Source of the DNA: a virus
Taxonomy: Duplodnaviria > Caudoviricetes
DNA length: 64,000 nucleotides
Virus record (IMG/VR): IMGVR_UViG_3300028601_000023
Coordinates: 1-64,000 of that record
Direction: 5' to 3' (one strand)
The number at the start of each line of letters is the position of its first letter. Position 1 is the first letter of the stretch. Shown here piece by piece: positions 1-9,274 of the stretch. Below the pieces are notes generated by a model. The model did not search any database and was not told where the DNA came from. It was given only the letters and a program-made list of their open reading frames with translations. Both the position numbers and the translations under genes were made by a program.

Positions 1-126
1 GCTATGGAAGACGATGAAACTACTTTATGGGTTCTTGCTGATAATACACAGATTCAAGCAACTAAAGAACAATTGAAACATGCTCTTAGACTTGCTGGTG
101 AAGAACAAACTAGGCTTTGGACATAA
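1..126 (+). CDS. Partial (5'-truncated) tail-fibre-associated protein, DUF4376-like
   Basis: Frame +1 reads ...TTLWVLADNTQIQATKEQLKHALRLAGEEQTRLWT*; W-x-LADN motif recalled from DUF4376 proteins. Confidence 0.5.
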   Translation, partial: AMEDDETTLWVLADNTQIQATKEQLKHALRLAGEEQTRLWT

Positions 127-139
127 GGAGAAATAAGAA

Positions 140-409
140 ATGAGAATGTATGATGAATATGATCTAGCAGCAAATGTACCATTTGAATTTGGTCTTGCTC
201 CTTTCAATAATAGATATCAATTTGATTTTACTGGAACGACTGGTTCTGTAAATATTGAAATTGATGCTGGCGGCGGTTATCGGATCTATGAAACTGTAGA
301 TTTAACAGTCACAACCAGATTACCTTATTCTATTGAAATTGAAGCAAAGTCTGTCCAGGTTACTCCAACAGACAATATTAAAATGACTGTTTGTGCTAAT
401 AGAATTTAA
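140..409 (+). CDS. Hypothetical protein, beta-rich, 89 aa
   Basis: ORF with AAGGAG SD; stop abuts the convergent terminase gene. Confidence 0.7.
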   Translation: MRMYDEYDLAANVPFEFGLAPFNNRYQFDFTGTTGSVNIEIDAGGGYRIYETVDLTVTTRLPYSIEIEAKSVQVTPTDNIKMTVCANRI

Positions 410-2061
410 CTTCGAAGTTCACGAAGAAATGAAAGATCTTCTTCGTCTACTTCATTGTCAACAGAGAACATAGGGAGGGGAGTCAACATTTCCATGATGC
501 TCTCCTCATATTCTTTTCGATATTCGTCAGTAAAGTTACTATCATGATGGTATCTAAAAGAACTTGTATTTGCATAGTAAGCAAGATTCACTAGACCCAT
601 AACAAGATCATCATGATAGCCTTCTTCAGCAGCATACGAGTGTCCGTCTAAAACGAAATGTTTCAATTCGGTAGACGTATCAGCATCTCTGATAATCATC
701 TTTCCAGACTCTAGCATATCTTTCAGACGTGCGCATCCAATCGGTTTTGTTTTGGATGTTGTTCTCTGTCCAAGACCAATCCTAGTTCCAATCTTTGTAG
801 AAACAATATTCTCATATCCAATATCATAGTTCAGAATATGAAGGATTACTTTTCCAACGTCATTCGATTCTACAAGAACATCAGCCATATTGTATTTGGT
901 TGCAAAGTTTACAATGATCTGTGGAAATGATAGATGAGATATTTTATTATCTTTGAACCGAGCTACTTGTTCATATGGATAGTTTGTAATGTCTATAATA
1001 GAAATAGTAGAAGCATCATCTCCAGTATCAGCACAATCTACTGTAGCAATATACTTATGTCCCCATAGAGGTTCTTTAAAGATCGCAGTCTGTTTACTCA
1101 TCTGAATAGGTTTCAAACAATCTCGGTCTATTCTAGATAGAGTGTCTGGGCGGAGAAGAGTGTGGCAACTACCCACGAAAGAATTCCCATATTCCTGGGA
1201 AAAGTCTTCTTCAGACATGTTTGCAAGCTGTTCTTCTTTCCAAGCTTCATCTCTACCAGGAACATCCCACCAATTGACTTCGATTGGAACAAATCGTGAT
1301 TTCTTTTCAACAGCCTTCATCCATGCATCATAGAAATGGTTCATTCCATTCGGAGTAGATACAGCAATAAATTTAGTCTCAGTACCAGATGAAATAGTAG
1401 GATATACAGATTTATAAAACGCGTCATATGTGTTCTTTGGAATGAACGCCATTTCGTCTAGTATAATTGTACCAAAGCTATCACCACGAATAGAATCAGA
1501 ACTTGTAGAAGCAGCAACAATACGTGATCCGTTCTCTAATGAAAAAGAACCTTTGTTCCAATCTACAATACCCTGCTGAAGCCATTTTGGTAGATTATAA
1601 TATGCTAACTGAATTCTAGCAAGCAGCATTCGAGCCGTTGCTCCTTTATTAGCCAACAATGCAACAGATTTACTTGGATTAAAAAGCAAATACCATAATA
1701 GAAAACAGATTGTGGATACGCTTTTACCCGACTGACGACTAGAAAGACAAATTACAAAGCGTTCATCGTGACATAACTTTATCAGTTTTTTCTGATAGTC
1801 ATACAGACGAATTGGAATAAGACCTCTATCTACATGAACGATCTTGATATATCTCTCAGCAAAATATACAGGATCTTTAGCGCATCTCTTATATTCTTTG
1901 ACATGCGCAGCGGTAAACTCAATTACTTCGCCTTGTCTTTTTAGAAGGGGATTTCCACGATATGCTCGCACATCTCCGTTAGAAAGAGTTTCGAGAATCT
2001 TTTTTACAAGATTCTCTTCTTTCTTTATTTCTTTTTTGAGCGCTTTGGTTTTGTTTGACAT
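406..2061 (-). CDS. gp17: Terminase large subunit (T4 gp17-like)
   Basis: Walker A SRQSGKS, Walker B IILDEMAF, VSTPNGMNHFY, nuclease HDDLVM motif. Confidence 0.97.
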   Translation of the reverse strand: MSNKTKALKKEIKKEENLVKKILETLSNGDVRAYRGNPLLKRQGEVIEFTAAHVKEYKRCAKDPVYFAERYIKIVHVDRGLIPIRLYDYQKKLIKLCHDERFVICLSSRQSGKSVSTICFLLWYLLFNPSKSVALLANKGATARMLLARIQLAYYNLPKWLQQGIVDWNKGSFSLENGSRIVAASTSSDSIRGDSFGTIILDEMAFIPKNTYDAFYKSVYPTISSGTETKFIAVSTPNGMNHFYDAWMKAVEKKSRFVPIEVNWWDVPGRDEAWKEEQLANMSEEDFSQEYGNSFVGSCHTLLRPDTLSRIDRDCLKPIQMSKQTAIFKEPLWGHKYIATVDCADTGDDASTISIIDITNYPYEQVARFKDNKISHLSFPQIIVNFATKYNMADVLVESNDVGKVILHILNYDIGYENIVSTKIGTRIGLGQRTTSKTKPIGCARLKDMLESGKMIIRDADTSTELKHFVLDGHSYAAEEGYHDDLVMGLVNLAYYANTSSFRYHHDSNFTDEYRKEYEESIMEMLTPLPMFSVDNEVDEEDLSFLRELRS

Positions 2062-2222
2062 TCTTCAGGTGTATCCAGTTCTTCAGTATTTACCGTTCCA
2101 ACATAATTGGAATAGTACATTTGGTGTTTTTCTATTAGATGTTGTTGTAATTTAGAGATGTGCATTGATTCACCACAGATCTTACAAGTACAGAAAGCAT
2201 ATGTTAAATTAATTTGAGACAA
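2025..2222 (-). CDS. Small C2H2-type zinc-finger protein
   Basis: CKIC...HLIEKH; overlaps gp16 and gp17. Confidence 0.55.
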   Translation of the reverse strand: MSQINLTYAFCTCKICGESMHISKLQQHLIEKHQMYYSNYVGTVNTEELDTPEECQTKPKRSKKK

Positions 2223-2712
2223 CTTTTTCTTCCTTTTCTGCGAGCATCAATTTCAGAAGCTCTGCAGTTGTGAGATGTATATTGTTATTTACAAAAGTGT
2301 TTCCGGTTCCACAATTTGGCTGATCTATTTGAGGAGATCCATTCAAGTCTTTGATTCTTTGATGAAGATCTACTAGACGTTCAGCTGCTGATATTGCAGT
2401 ATCGATAGCTTTTGCTGCTACTTCTGAGTCTCGGGCATTTCCATCATTGGCGTTTGTCATAGCAATCTCAACTAATTGCTGAGACCTATTTAGAAGATGC
2501 TCTATTGTCCTTCTAGCGTAATCTACATCCGAGTTGATATTTGATATTGTAATCGGTTTTGCCTCATTAGAAGGCATTACAAGAGCCCTAGGATAATCAT
2601 CGTCTAGATCATCGTCTAACGCGTCCCCAGCAAGTTCATATTCAGAAGTTGCTGGTAAATTTATAGCAGGTTGAGCTCCGAAGAGATCGTTCATTTGTTT
2701 CTTAGTACTCAT
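2209..2712 (-). CDS. gp16: Terminase small subunit (gp16-like)
   Basis: Between gp15 and gp17; D-x-DYAR helical core and NNN..TTAELLK C-terminus typical of T4-like gp16. Confidence 0.8.
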   Translation of the reverse strand: MSTKKQMNDLFGAQPAINLPATSEYELAGDALDDDLDDDYPRALVMPSNEAKPITISNINSDVDYARRTIEHLLNRSQQLVEIAMTNANDGNARDSEVAAKAIDTAISAAERLVDLHQRIKDLNGSPQIDQPNCGTGNTFVNNNIHLTTAELLKLMLAEKEEKVVSN

Positions 2713-3521
2713 TATTCATCTCCGGGAATTTTATCTTCCTCTGGAATTGTATCACCAATGGTATATGTACGGTCTTCAATTAATTCAGGATTCATGAACT
2801 CTGGATCAATTCCTTCAGATACATACTTTTCCATTAATGATGGTATAGTATCATTTATATTTACAATGGTCTTATTGATAATCTGTGCTTCTTGATCTGT
2901 TGGAACAATATTAGCATGGACGTCAAAATCCATAGACCATTCTATCATTCTGTTTGAATCAAATCCATCAGCATAAGAATCATTTTTTGTAATACCATTC
3001 AAGACTATTCGTACATCATTGACAATATTCAATAAAACAGATTCTTTCATTTTGATTGATACTTCTGGATTGAATACAGGCAAGATCTGATTGAGAATCT
3101 GTAGAGAATCATCCATACCTTTACACCATGCAGAAAGCGTGAATCCAAACTTATATGCTACAGGAGTTCTAATCTTTCGTGCTTCTGTTGTAGATGTTTT
3201 CAATCCAGACTGAACATGAAATAGAGCAGCGTTGGTGCTTTCTTCAGCTGATCTTGCAAGCGAGTTTAATTCAAATGACAATCTTGGAAGCAATCGACCG
3301 ACTTCGATAGATCCGTCTGGAAGTCTCATAGTCTGTTCGATCCATAAGGCATATTGCTGTTTTGCAGACCACGCCAACGGAACCTTTCTACGAGAAGCAG
3401 CAATATTACCAGTCTTATCATATAGACGTATAGTCAGATCTTGAAATAAAGATCCAAATATGATTGCGATATTTCTGATACTGGACGCATAAGCATCTTT
3501 TGGAATTAGTATATTAGCCAT
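2712..3521 (-). CDS. gp15: Tail sheath stabiliser / tail completion protein (gp15-like)
   Basis: FGSLFQDL, KVPLAW, LPRLSFE, QILPVFNP motifs; synteny 13-14-15-16-17. Confidence 0.9.
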   Translation of the reverse strand: MANILIPKDAYASSIRNIAIIFGSLFQDLTIRLYDKTGNIAASRRKVPLAWSAKQQYALWIEQTMRLPDGSIEVGRLLPRLSFELNSLARSAEESTNAALFHVQSGLKTSTTEARKIRTPVAYKFGFTLSAWCKGMDDSLQILNQILPVFNPEVSIKMKESVLLNIVNDVRIVLNGITKNDSYADGFDSNRMIEWSMDFDVHANIVPTDQEAQIINKTIVNINDTIPSLMEKYVSEGIDPEFMNPELIEDRTYTIGDTIPEEDKIPGDE

Positions 3522-4206
3522 TAGTAAAATCCTTTGTCAAACTGTTTTCCCAGAGGTTAGGTTCTTTTATAACTGATTCATTTGCTTCGTCGATGATATC
3601 AGTATTGTCCATAAACGGCATATCCAAAGTATCATGGTAGTTATTAATGATATCAATATTTTCAACACCTGTATCAAACACTTCTGTTCCCTGATCGTAA
3701 ACTTGACAAGTAAGAGCATAAAGACTGTATGCTCCCAATGCAAAGCTCGGTAGTTTGTCTTCTACATATTTGATTTCTAAAATATTACCTGGAATACTGA
3801 AAGCAATTAGATCCCCAGGAATTGGATATTTTCTACCTTCAACTCCAAGTTTTGCAAACTCTTCTACGATTCGTTCAAACGAAACATGAAGGACAATTGT
3901 ATCAGCCATATTGTATCCAAACTGAGCAATAGAATCATGGCCCTGCATTAGAGAAGTATCAGATGGATACATTTCAATCGGAAACGTATGAGAGAATGTT
4001 GTTCCAATTGTCTCACCAAAGACTTCATCTACTGTATTGTTTGTTCTAACAATATAAGTAGTAGAAACACCAAACATCTGAATATGTTCTTTCTGTAAAG
4101 ACTTCATCACATTCTGTTCATTAGTATTATCATAGTTCTCACCATTGATACTTAGATATGGATTTAAACCAGCTCTCGAATTTAAAAAGTATGGATTGAG
4201 TGCCAT
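3514..4206 (-). CDS. gp14: Neck protein (gp14-like)
   Basis: LNPYF, EQNVM...IQMFG, PxPGDLI, EIKYVE motifs. Confidence 0.9.
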   Translation of the reverse strand: MALNPYFLNSRAGLNPYLSINGENYDNTNEQNVMKSLQKEHIQMFGVSTTYIVRTNNTVDEVFGETIGTTFSHTFPIEMYPSDTSLMQGHDSIAQFGYNMADTIVLHVSFERIVEEFAKLGVEGRKYPIPGDLIAFSIPGNILEIKYVEDKLPSFALGAYSLYALTCQVYDQGTEVFDTGVENIDIINNYHDTLDMPFMDNTDIIDEANESVIKEPNLWENSLTKDFTNG

Positions 4207-4208
4207 GA

Positions 4209-4961
4209 TTAACCCCAGAACATCTGTGGAGGATATTCATTTTCTTTTTTATGTTTCTCTTCTAACCGTTCTTTTTCAGACGTATACTTTGAAAGGATTG
4301 CATCACCATTCAATGTAATTCCACCGACTGATGGAATATTGCCGAACTTAGAAATGTTCTGTCCCCATTGCTGCCCAATTAGAGCTGTACAATATTCCTT
4401 CAAGAACGCGGAGTCCCAGATAGAAGATTCTGTTTCAGGATCAATCATTTTATATCCATGAATTCCAACAACATTGCCAGGTGTAATTGTTTTGTAAGGA
4501 AAGATCTTCCGTTCACGATTCCGGTATGCAAATGGAACTTCAGTTTGTAAAACAGATCTAACAGCCGAAATATACTGCATAGTGATTTCATAATATACAA
4601 GATTAGCGTTACCAGCTCCAAATTGCCAATAGCCGTTCCAGAACTGATATTCGGGATCATCTAGACCGTCTAATGCTGGTGTAGAATTAATTCCTCGAGG
4701 CTTCATCAGTTCAAGAACATCAATAACTTCCAACGGCATGCTTAGATATCCATTAGTAACGTCTGTTTCTGTACAAGTATATAACCACCAAAACTCTTGA
4801 ACCGATTCAGAGTTATTCTCTAAATAAAATTGTAGCGCATCAGTCACTCTATCAGCAATTTGGGTATCATCTACCTCAATGTTGATAACTGGTGCTCCAA
4901 GTTTTCTTAAACAGTATAGAATAAAATCATTATACGTTGAAATTCTATTGTAGTTCGGCAT
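4209..4961 (-). CDS. gp13: Neck protein / head-tail adaptor (gp13-like)
   Basis: LRKLGAPVINIEV, QQWGQN.SKF, GGITLNG motifs. Confidence 0.93.
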   Translation of the reverse strand: MPNYNRISTYNDFILYCLRKLGAPVINIEVDDTQIADRVTDALQFYLENNSESVQEFWWLYTCTETDVTNGYLSMPLEVIDVLELMKPRGINSTPALDGLDDPEYQFWNGYWQFGAGNANLVYYEITMQYISAVRSVLQTEVPFAYRNRERKIFPYKTITPGNVVGIHGYKMIDPETESSIWDSAFLKEYCTALIGQQWGQNISKFGNIPSVGGITLNGDAILSKYTSEKERLEEKHKKENEYPPQMFWG

Positions 4962-4969
4962 TTCTTCTC

Positions 4970-5461
4970 CTATTGCGGCATGGTATTCAAAATCTGTTTT
5001 ATTAATCCGGGTAGCATATCACTCAACTGCGATTTGATAATATACCATGCTATTGTTGAAACAAAAGTAATTACTGTTATGACTATTGGAATGATCTTTG
5101 CATAGTCTAACCAAGACGTCTTTTTTGGTTCAGCGGGTTTACACGTTGGACACATCATAGATCGTATATCACAACTTTTTTGAATCTCTGCTAACTGTTT
5201 CTTTATGCTATCTATGATTTCTAAAATATCATCTATGTCAGAAGTAGAACTGTTTACTTGATGCTGCATTGATATTAGCAGTTCTACGTTTTCTCTAAGC
5301 TTGTCAAGATTCTTTGTTAATATATCAATAATAGCTGTATGCGTGGTTGTGGTAGCAGATAGTTCCTTTATGGATTGTGCCATCAGCGGCAGTTGTTCTT
5401 TGAGTGATTGCAAAGTGCTATTGATAGCAGCAACCTTCTCAGCTATATTATATTCGGTCAC
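4970..5461 (-). CDS. Coiled-coil protein with one C-terminal TM helix; possible holin/lysis accessory
   Basis: Heptad coiled coil, CPTC, hydrophobic IIPIVITVITFVSTIAWYII; next to spanins. Confidence 0.45.
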   Translation of the reverse strand: MTEYNIAEKVAAINSTLQSLKEQLPLMAQSIKELSATTTTHTAIIDILTKNLDKLRENVELLISMQHQVNSSTSDIDDILEIIDSIKKQLAEIQKSCDIRSMMCPTCKPAEPKKTSWLDYAKIIPIVITVITFVSTIAWYIIKSQLSDMLPGLIKQILNTMPQ

Positions 5462-5473
5462 GACAGTAATTCC

Positions 5474-5767
5474 TTAATTTTTATTTTGGAATGGCTGCAA
5501 GCTTTCTTCTAATACTTCAGTGTATTTTTTATAGATCAAAATAGTTCTATAATATGCTTCAGCCACTTCTGCTGGTGTAGCATTCTCAGTCAAATAATTG
5601 ATCGGAAAATCAGGCTTTTCTACTTTATCAATTTCAGGCTTTATCATTATTGGAACTTCTATATAGACTGGGCGGTCTACGTATCTGTCAACATATTTAG
5701 TGCATCCTGAAATAAATAAACATAGAACAAGTATTAGCGCAAATTGTGTGCATTTGATCTTAGCCAT
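5474..5767 (-). CDS. o-spanin (Rz1-like outer-membrane lipoprotein)
   Basis: Signal peptide with lipobox ISG-C, Pro-rich mature part, overlaps the upstream i-spanin in another frame. Confidence 0.8.
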   Translation of the reverse strand: MAKIKCTQFALILVLCLFISGCTKYVDRYVDRPVYIEVPIMIKPEIDKVEKPDFPINYLTENATPAEVAEAYYRTILIYKKYTEVLEESLQPFQNKN

Positions 5768-6165
5768 TTAATTGCATCCTCTGAAGATTTAACTGATTCT
5801 GGTACCAACTTCTTTGTTGTATTTATTAATGCTTTGAGTTCGTTGTTCTTTTCAGCAAGTGAAGAATTCAACTTTTCTATTTCAGATTTGAATTCTTCAG
5901 AGTCTTTATTGAACTCTTGAATCATTTTGTTCTGCTCATCTATTGCGATTCTTAGAGATTGTGCATTGGTCATTTCAACAAAATATTCTTTCTGGAGCTG
6001 TTCATAGCGTTCTTGCTGTACTAACATTTGCTTCTCAAACGAAGATTCTTTATATTTTATAGTTCCAAACAGTCCAAGACACAACACAACAAGAGCAGCG
6101 ATAACAATTCGTTCTTTTGTCATGAATGATAAAATTATAGACCACATATAGTTCTCCTTAAACAC
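5734..6165 (-). CDS. i-spanin (Rz-like inner-membrane protein)
   Basis: N-terminal TM helix then long coiled coil; probable start is ATG at 6147 (MWSII) after GGAG. Confidence 0.8.
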   Translation of the reverse strand: MFKENYMWSIILSFMTKERIVIAALVVLCLGLFGTIKYKESSFEKQMLVQQERYEQLQKEYFVEMTNAQSLRIAIDEQNKMIQEFNKDSEEFKSEIEKLNSSLAEKNNELKALINTTKKLVPESVKSSEDAIKWLRSNAHNLR

Positions 6166-6166
6166 T

Positions 6167-6174
6167 CTATTTAT
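6167..6174 (-). promoter_or_regulatory. Late promoter (GATAAATA) for the leftward spanin-neck-terminase operon
   Basis: TATTTATC on + strand; the same variant precedes gp18, gp22 and gp3. Confidence 0.65.
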
Positions 6175-6224
6175 CCAATATATGATTTATAGTCTTCCGC
6201 AAAGAAAACTCTTGTTGCTTTAGC

Positions 6225-6653
6225 TCAAGAGATGAATTTGCGTTTGTTTTGTGGTAATCCACCTTGAGATTCAATATATTTCGCAACAGTTTCTCTAGAG
6301 CAGTCTCCTACAGAACATACAAAATACGACTTGCTCCAAAACATCTTTTCTTTCCAAAATTGATATTCTAATATTTCTCCGTGCATCCTCCATATATGAA
6401 ACACACTATAGGACTTCAACTGTCTAGCGATGTTCGAAACTGATTCTGTTGGTATATAATCAATCATCATATGAACATGATCCCGATCTACTTCTATATG
6501 AGTAATATCAAACTTATCACTTTTGTCTGAACATTCCAACAACAATTTTTTCATATCTTCACCGAATTTGATGAGTAATTTCTTCCTATATTTCACCACA
6601 AAAATCAAATGAATTGATAAGTGGTGTACTGAATTACTAGATTTCTTCAACAT
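6225..6653 (-). CDS. tnpA: IS200/IS605 Y1 (HUH) transposase
   Basis: HLIFVVKYRK, HUH motif DHVHM, FWSKSYFV, catalytic Tyr in AKYIESQ. Confidence 0.96.
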   Translation of the reverse strand: MLKKSSNSVHHLSIHLIFVVKYRKKLLIKFGEDMKKLLLECSDKSDKFDITHIEVDRDHVHMMIDYIPTESVSNIARQLKSYSVFHIWRMHGEILEYQFWKEKMFWSKSYFVCSVGDCSRETVAKYIESQGGLPQNKRKFIS

Positions 6654-6699
6654 TATATAAATTCCTTATTTGATTTTGTGAGAGTGAAATTTCAAAACA

Positions 6700-6707
6700 T
6701 ATAAATA
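6700..6707 (+). promoter_or_regulatory. T4-type late promoter directly before tnpB (likely leaderless mRNA)
   Basis: TATAAATA-GATAT-ATG, no SD. Confidence 0.65.
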
Positions 6708-6712
6708 GATAT

Positions 6713-7858
6713 ATGATTAGATATATTTCATATAAGTTTAGAATAAAACCTACCAAAACGCAAGAATCCTTGTTTATAGAACATTGTGGTGCGTCCCGTT
6801 TTATTTATAATAAACTCCTTGAACAACAAATTTCCTTATATGAAAATGAGAAGAAATTTATGTTCGGTATGGCATTATCTAATGCGGTAAAACCAATAAA
6901 AGAAAATAATGATTGGTTGAAGAAAGTAAACAGTCAATCACTTCAACAATCTGCACTAAATTTGGGTAAAGCTTTTAGTAATAAATTCAAACATAAAACT
7001 GGTGGTTTTCCTAAATTCAAATCAAGAAAGAGTTCTAAACAAGCTTTCTCTGTACCACAACATTTTAATATCCGTGGCAACAAAGTTAAATTGCCGAAGA
7101 TTGGTTGGATAAAAATAGTCAATCATAGAAAACTATCAGGCAAAGCTAAATCTTTGGTAATTTCCCTCGATGTGGATCAATGGTTCGTTTCTATCTTATG
7201 TGAACAAGATGTACCGGTACCTACCATAGATTACAAATCAGTAGTCGGTATTGATCTTGGTATAAAAACCTTTGCTATCACTAGTGATGGTGAAGTCTTC
7301 GAACTACCAAAACTAGAACAAGAAACAACGAAACTAAAGAAACTTCAAAGATCATTTACTAGAAAACAAAAAGGATCAAATAACAGAAATAAAGCTAGAA
7401 TAAAGGTTGCAAAACAATATAGAAAAATCTCAAGAATAAAAGATGATCTAATAAACAACTATGTTAGCTCGATAGCCAAGAGTTACGATGTTGTTTCAAT
7501 GGAAAATCTAAACATTCAAGGAATGAAGAAAAATCATTGTTTGGCACCATCTATTCAACAGCTTCCATGGTTCTCATTCAAAATGAAACTAAAACATAAA
7601 GTCAAAGAACTAGTTGAAGTTGGTAGGTTCTATCCTTCAAGTAAAACTTGTTCTGCGTGCGGTTTCGTCAAGAAAGATTTGTCTCTTAGTGAGAGAACCT
7701 ACCATTGCGAAAACTGTGGTCTGTCGATTGATAGAGACTTGAACGCAGCCATAAATATCAAAGACGCGGCAACGGCGTTGTTTGCTTGTGGAGGAACACG
7801 GGTTCCGGTGAAGCAAGAATCAGGTCTCATTGGAGACCTCAAGCTAGAAAGTCTTTAG
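6713..7858 (+). CDS. tnpB: RNA-guided endonuclease TnpB, apparently catalytically intact
   Basis: HTH N-terminus, RuvC-I GIDLG, RuvC-II MENL, zinc finger CSAC/CENC, RuvC-III DRDLNAA. Confidence 0.97.
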   Translation: MIRYISYKFRIKPTKTQESLFIEHCGASRFIYNKLLEQQISLYENEKKFMFGMALSNAVKPIKENNDWLKKVNSQSLQQSALNLGKAFSNKFKHKTGGFPKFKSRKSSKQAFSVPQHFNIRGNKVKLPKIGWIKIVNHRKLSGKAKSLVISLDVDQWFVSILCEQDVPVPTIDYKSVVGIDLGIKTFAITSDGEVFELPKLEQETTKLKKLQRSFTRKQKGSNNRNKARIKVAKQYRKISRIKDDLINNYVSSIAKSYDVVSMENLNIQGMKKNHCLAPSIQQLPWFSFKMKLKHKVKELVEVGRFYPSSKTCSACGFVKKDLSLSERTYHCENCGLSIDRDLNAAINIKDAATALFACGGTRVPVKQESGLIGDLKLESL

Positions 7859-7896
7859 ACTTCTAGTTGGGTTGACTCAGGTATAAATATACAAAA
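7740..7896 (+). ncRNA. Predicted TnpB omegaRNA (scaffold to about 7876; guide TCAGGTATAAATATAC...)
   Basis: omegaRNA normally overlaps the tnpB 3' end and right end; hairpins AGGTCTC/GAGACCT and CTAGAA..TTCTAG; 5' limit is a guess. Confidence 0.6.
7882..7889 (+). promoter_or_regulatory. Late promoter TATAAATA for the baseplate operon
   Basis: Exact T4 late consensus 20 nt before the ATG at 7910. Confidence 0.75.
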
Positions 7897-7909
7897 ACCA
7901 GGCGGGATT

Positions 7910-8788
7910 ATGAATACTACTCCAAAATATGCTATACCAATATCTCCAAAGATATCTTCGTTGTTTTCAGACACTACCGCTGTTGCATATACTAAGTTGA
8001 CCGCAATGACTATTCTTGGTGCCGGAGCTTCTGCATCTACTACAATCAATGGCTCGTGGCAGCTTCCATTGCCGACTGCACTTGATTATAACAGTGACTA
8101 TAATTGGTCAGCTGAAGAACTCGGTCATATTGCAAGCAAACTTATGACAGCTCTAAAAACATCTTATGATTCTGCTACATCAGCATATTCTGCTTCTGCT
8201 GCAGAGGGCAAGGGATTAGTCCGCAGGATGATCGATACTAATGCAGCTATGATAGACGGCTTTATGGATGGAGCTCAGGGTGTCGGTGATATGATGCTAA
8301 ATGATATTGCACGAAAGGCTATGTCTGGCATTTCACAACTGTTGACAGGTGGTGGTGCTCTAGCTAAAGAATATTATAAGCGTCAAGGAAAGACTTATAA
8401 TCCTAATGAACAATTGTACTTTGATGGAGTTTCACTTAGAGAATTCTCGCTTCCGTTTGAGATCACTCCTTTATCTGAATCAGAATCATCTAAATTTTCA
8501 TCTATGATTTATGATCTTCGTCAAGCAGCTGCTCCAAGATATGATTCAGACAAATATTATTTCACATATCCAGACTTCTTTACCGTTGGAATATATGTCG
8601 GCGGAACATTGATTGTCGAGCGTGGACCGTGCGCGATTACATCTCTGAATGTTAACATGGCCCCAGAAGGATCGATAATGTGGAGATCCGACAATAGACC
8701 AGTATCATATTCATTAGATCTTACATTCAAAGAAACTACTGTTGCTACGAAAGAATATGAAGCAAAGACCCGGCTTCTTGGTGTTTAG
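7910..8788 (+). CDS. gp48: Baseplate tail-tube cap (gp48-like)
   Basis: NPNEQLYFDGVSLREFSLPFEITP motif; precedes gp53. Confidence 0.75.
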   Translation: MNTTPKYAIPISPKISSLFSDTTAVAYTKLTAMTILGAGASASTTINGSWQLPLPTALDYNSDYNWSAEELGHIASKLMTALKTSYDSATSAYSASAAEGKGLVRRMIDTNAAMIDGFMDGAQGVGDMMLNDIARKAMSGISQLLTGGGALAKEYYKRQGKTYNPNEQLYFDGVSLREFSLPFEITPLSESESSKFSSMIYDLRQAAAPRYDSDKYYFTYPDFFTVGIYVGGTLIVERGPCAITSLNVNMAPEGSIMWRSDNRPVSYSLDLTFKETTVATKEYEAKTRLLGV

Positions 8789-8796
8789 GAGAAATC

Positions 8797-9273
8797 ATGC
8801 TATCACTATTTGACAAAATTGTTTTCGATGGAACTACTATTACAGATATTTCTCAAAAATTTGTAATTACTAATATTGCTACTTACAATACAAGAAACAT
8901 TTTCTTTGATCATATTATTAACGGATGGAAAGCTCCTGAAGAACTTGCATACGACTTCTATGGATCCTGTGATGATGTTTGGTTGGTCCTTGGAATTAAT
9001 AAAGTCTGCAATCCGGTAACTGATTGGTTATTGAAAGACGCAGAAGTACGGAAATTAGCAATCAAGAAATATGGATCTGCTAATTTAGGTAATACACATC
9101 ATTGGGAGAAAGATGGTATTATATATCGTAATGCCATCACCGGTGGAACTGCAATAACAAATCTTGATTATGAAAATGATCGCAATGAAGCAAAAAGAAA
9201 AGTAAAAATTATTTATCCTGAATTGGTTAGTACTATAAAGACCGAGATTAAAAACTATTTCAACAGAGCGTAA
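8797..9273 (+). CDS. gp53: Baseplate wedge subunit (gp53-like)
   Basis: PEELAYDFYG...WLVL..N...NP..DW motif. Confidence 0.85.
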   Translation: MLSLFDKIVFDGTTITDISQKFVITNIATYNTRNIFFDHIINGWKAPEELAYDFYGSCDDVWLVLGINKVCNPVTDWLLKDAEVRKLAIKKYGSANLGNTHHWEKDGIIYRNAITGGTAITNLDYENDRNEAKRKVKIIYPELVSTIKTEIKNYFNRA

Positions 9274-9274
9274 C

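Larger units (their letters stand above)
6191..7876 (+). mobile_element. IS200/IS605-family element (divergent tnpA and tnpB)
   Basis: Left-end hairpin CGCAAA..CTCTTG..CAAGAG..TTTGCG (6198-6242) after a candidate TAM TTTAT (6186-6190); right-end hairpins 7823-7866 ending ...GTTGAC; exact ends inferred. Confidence 0.85.
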
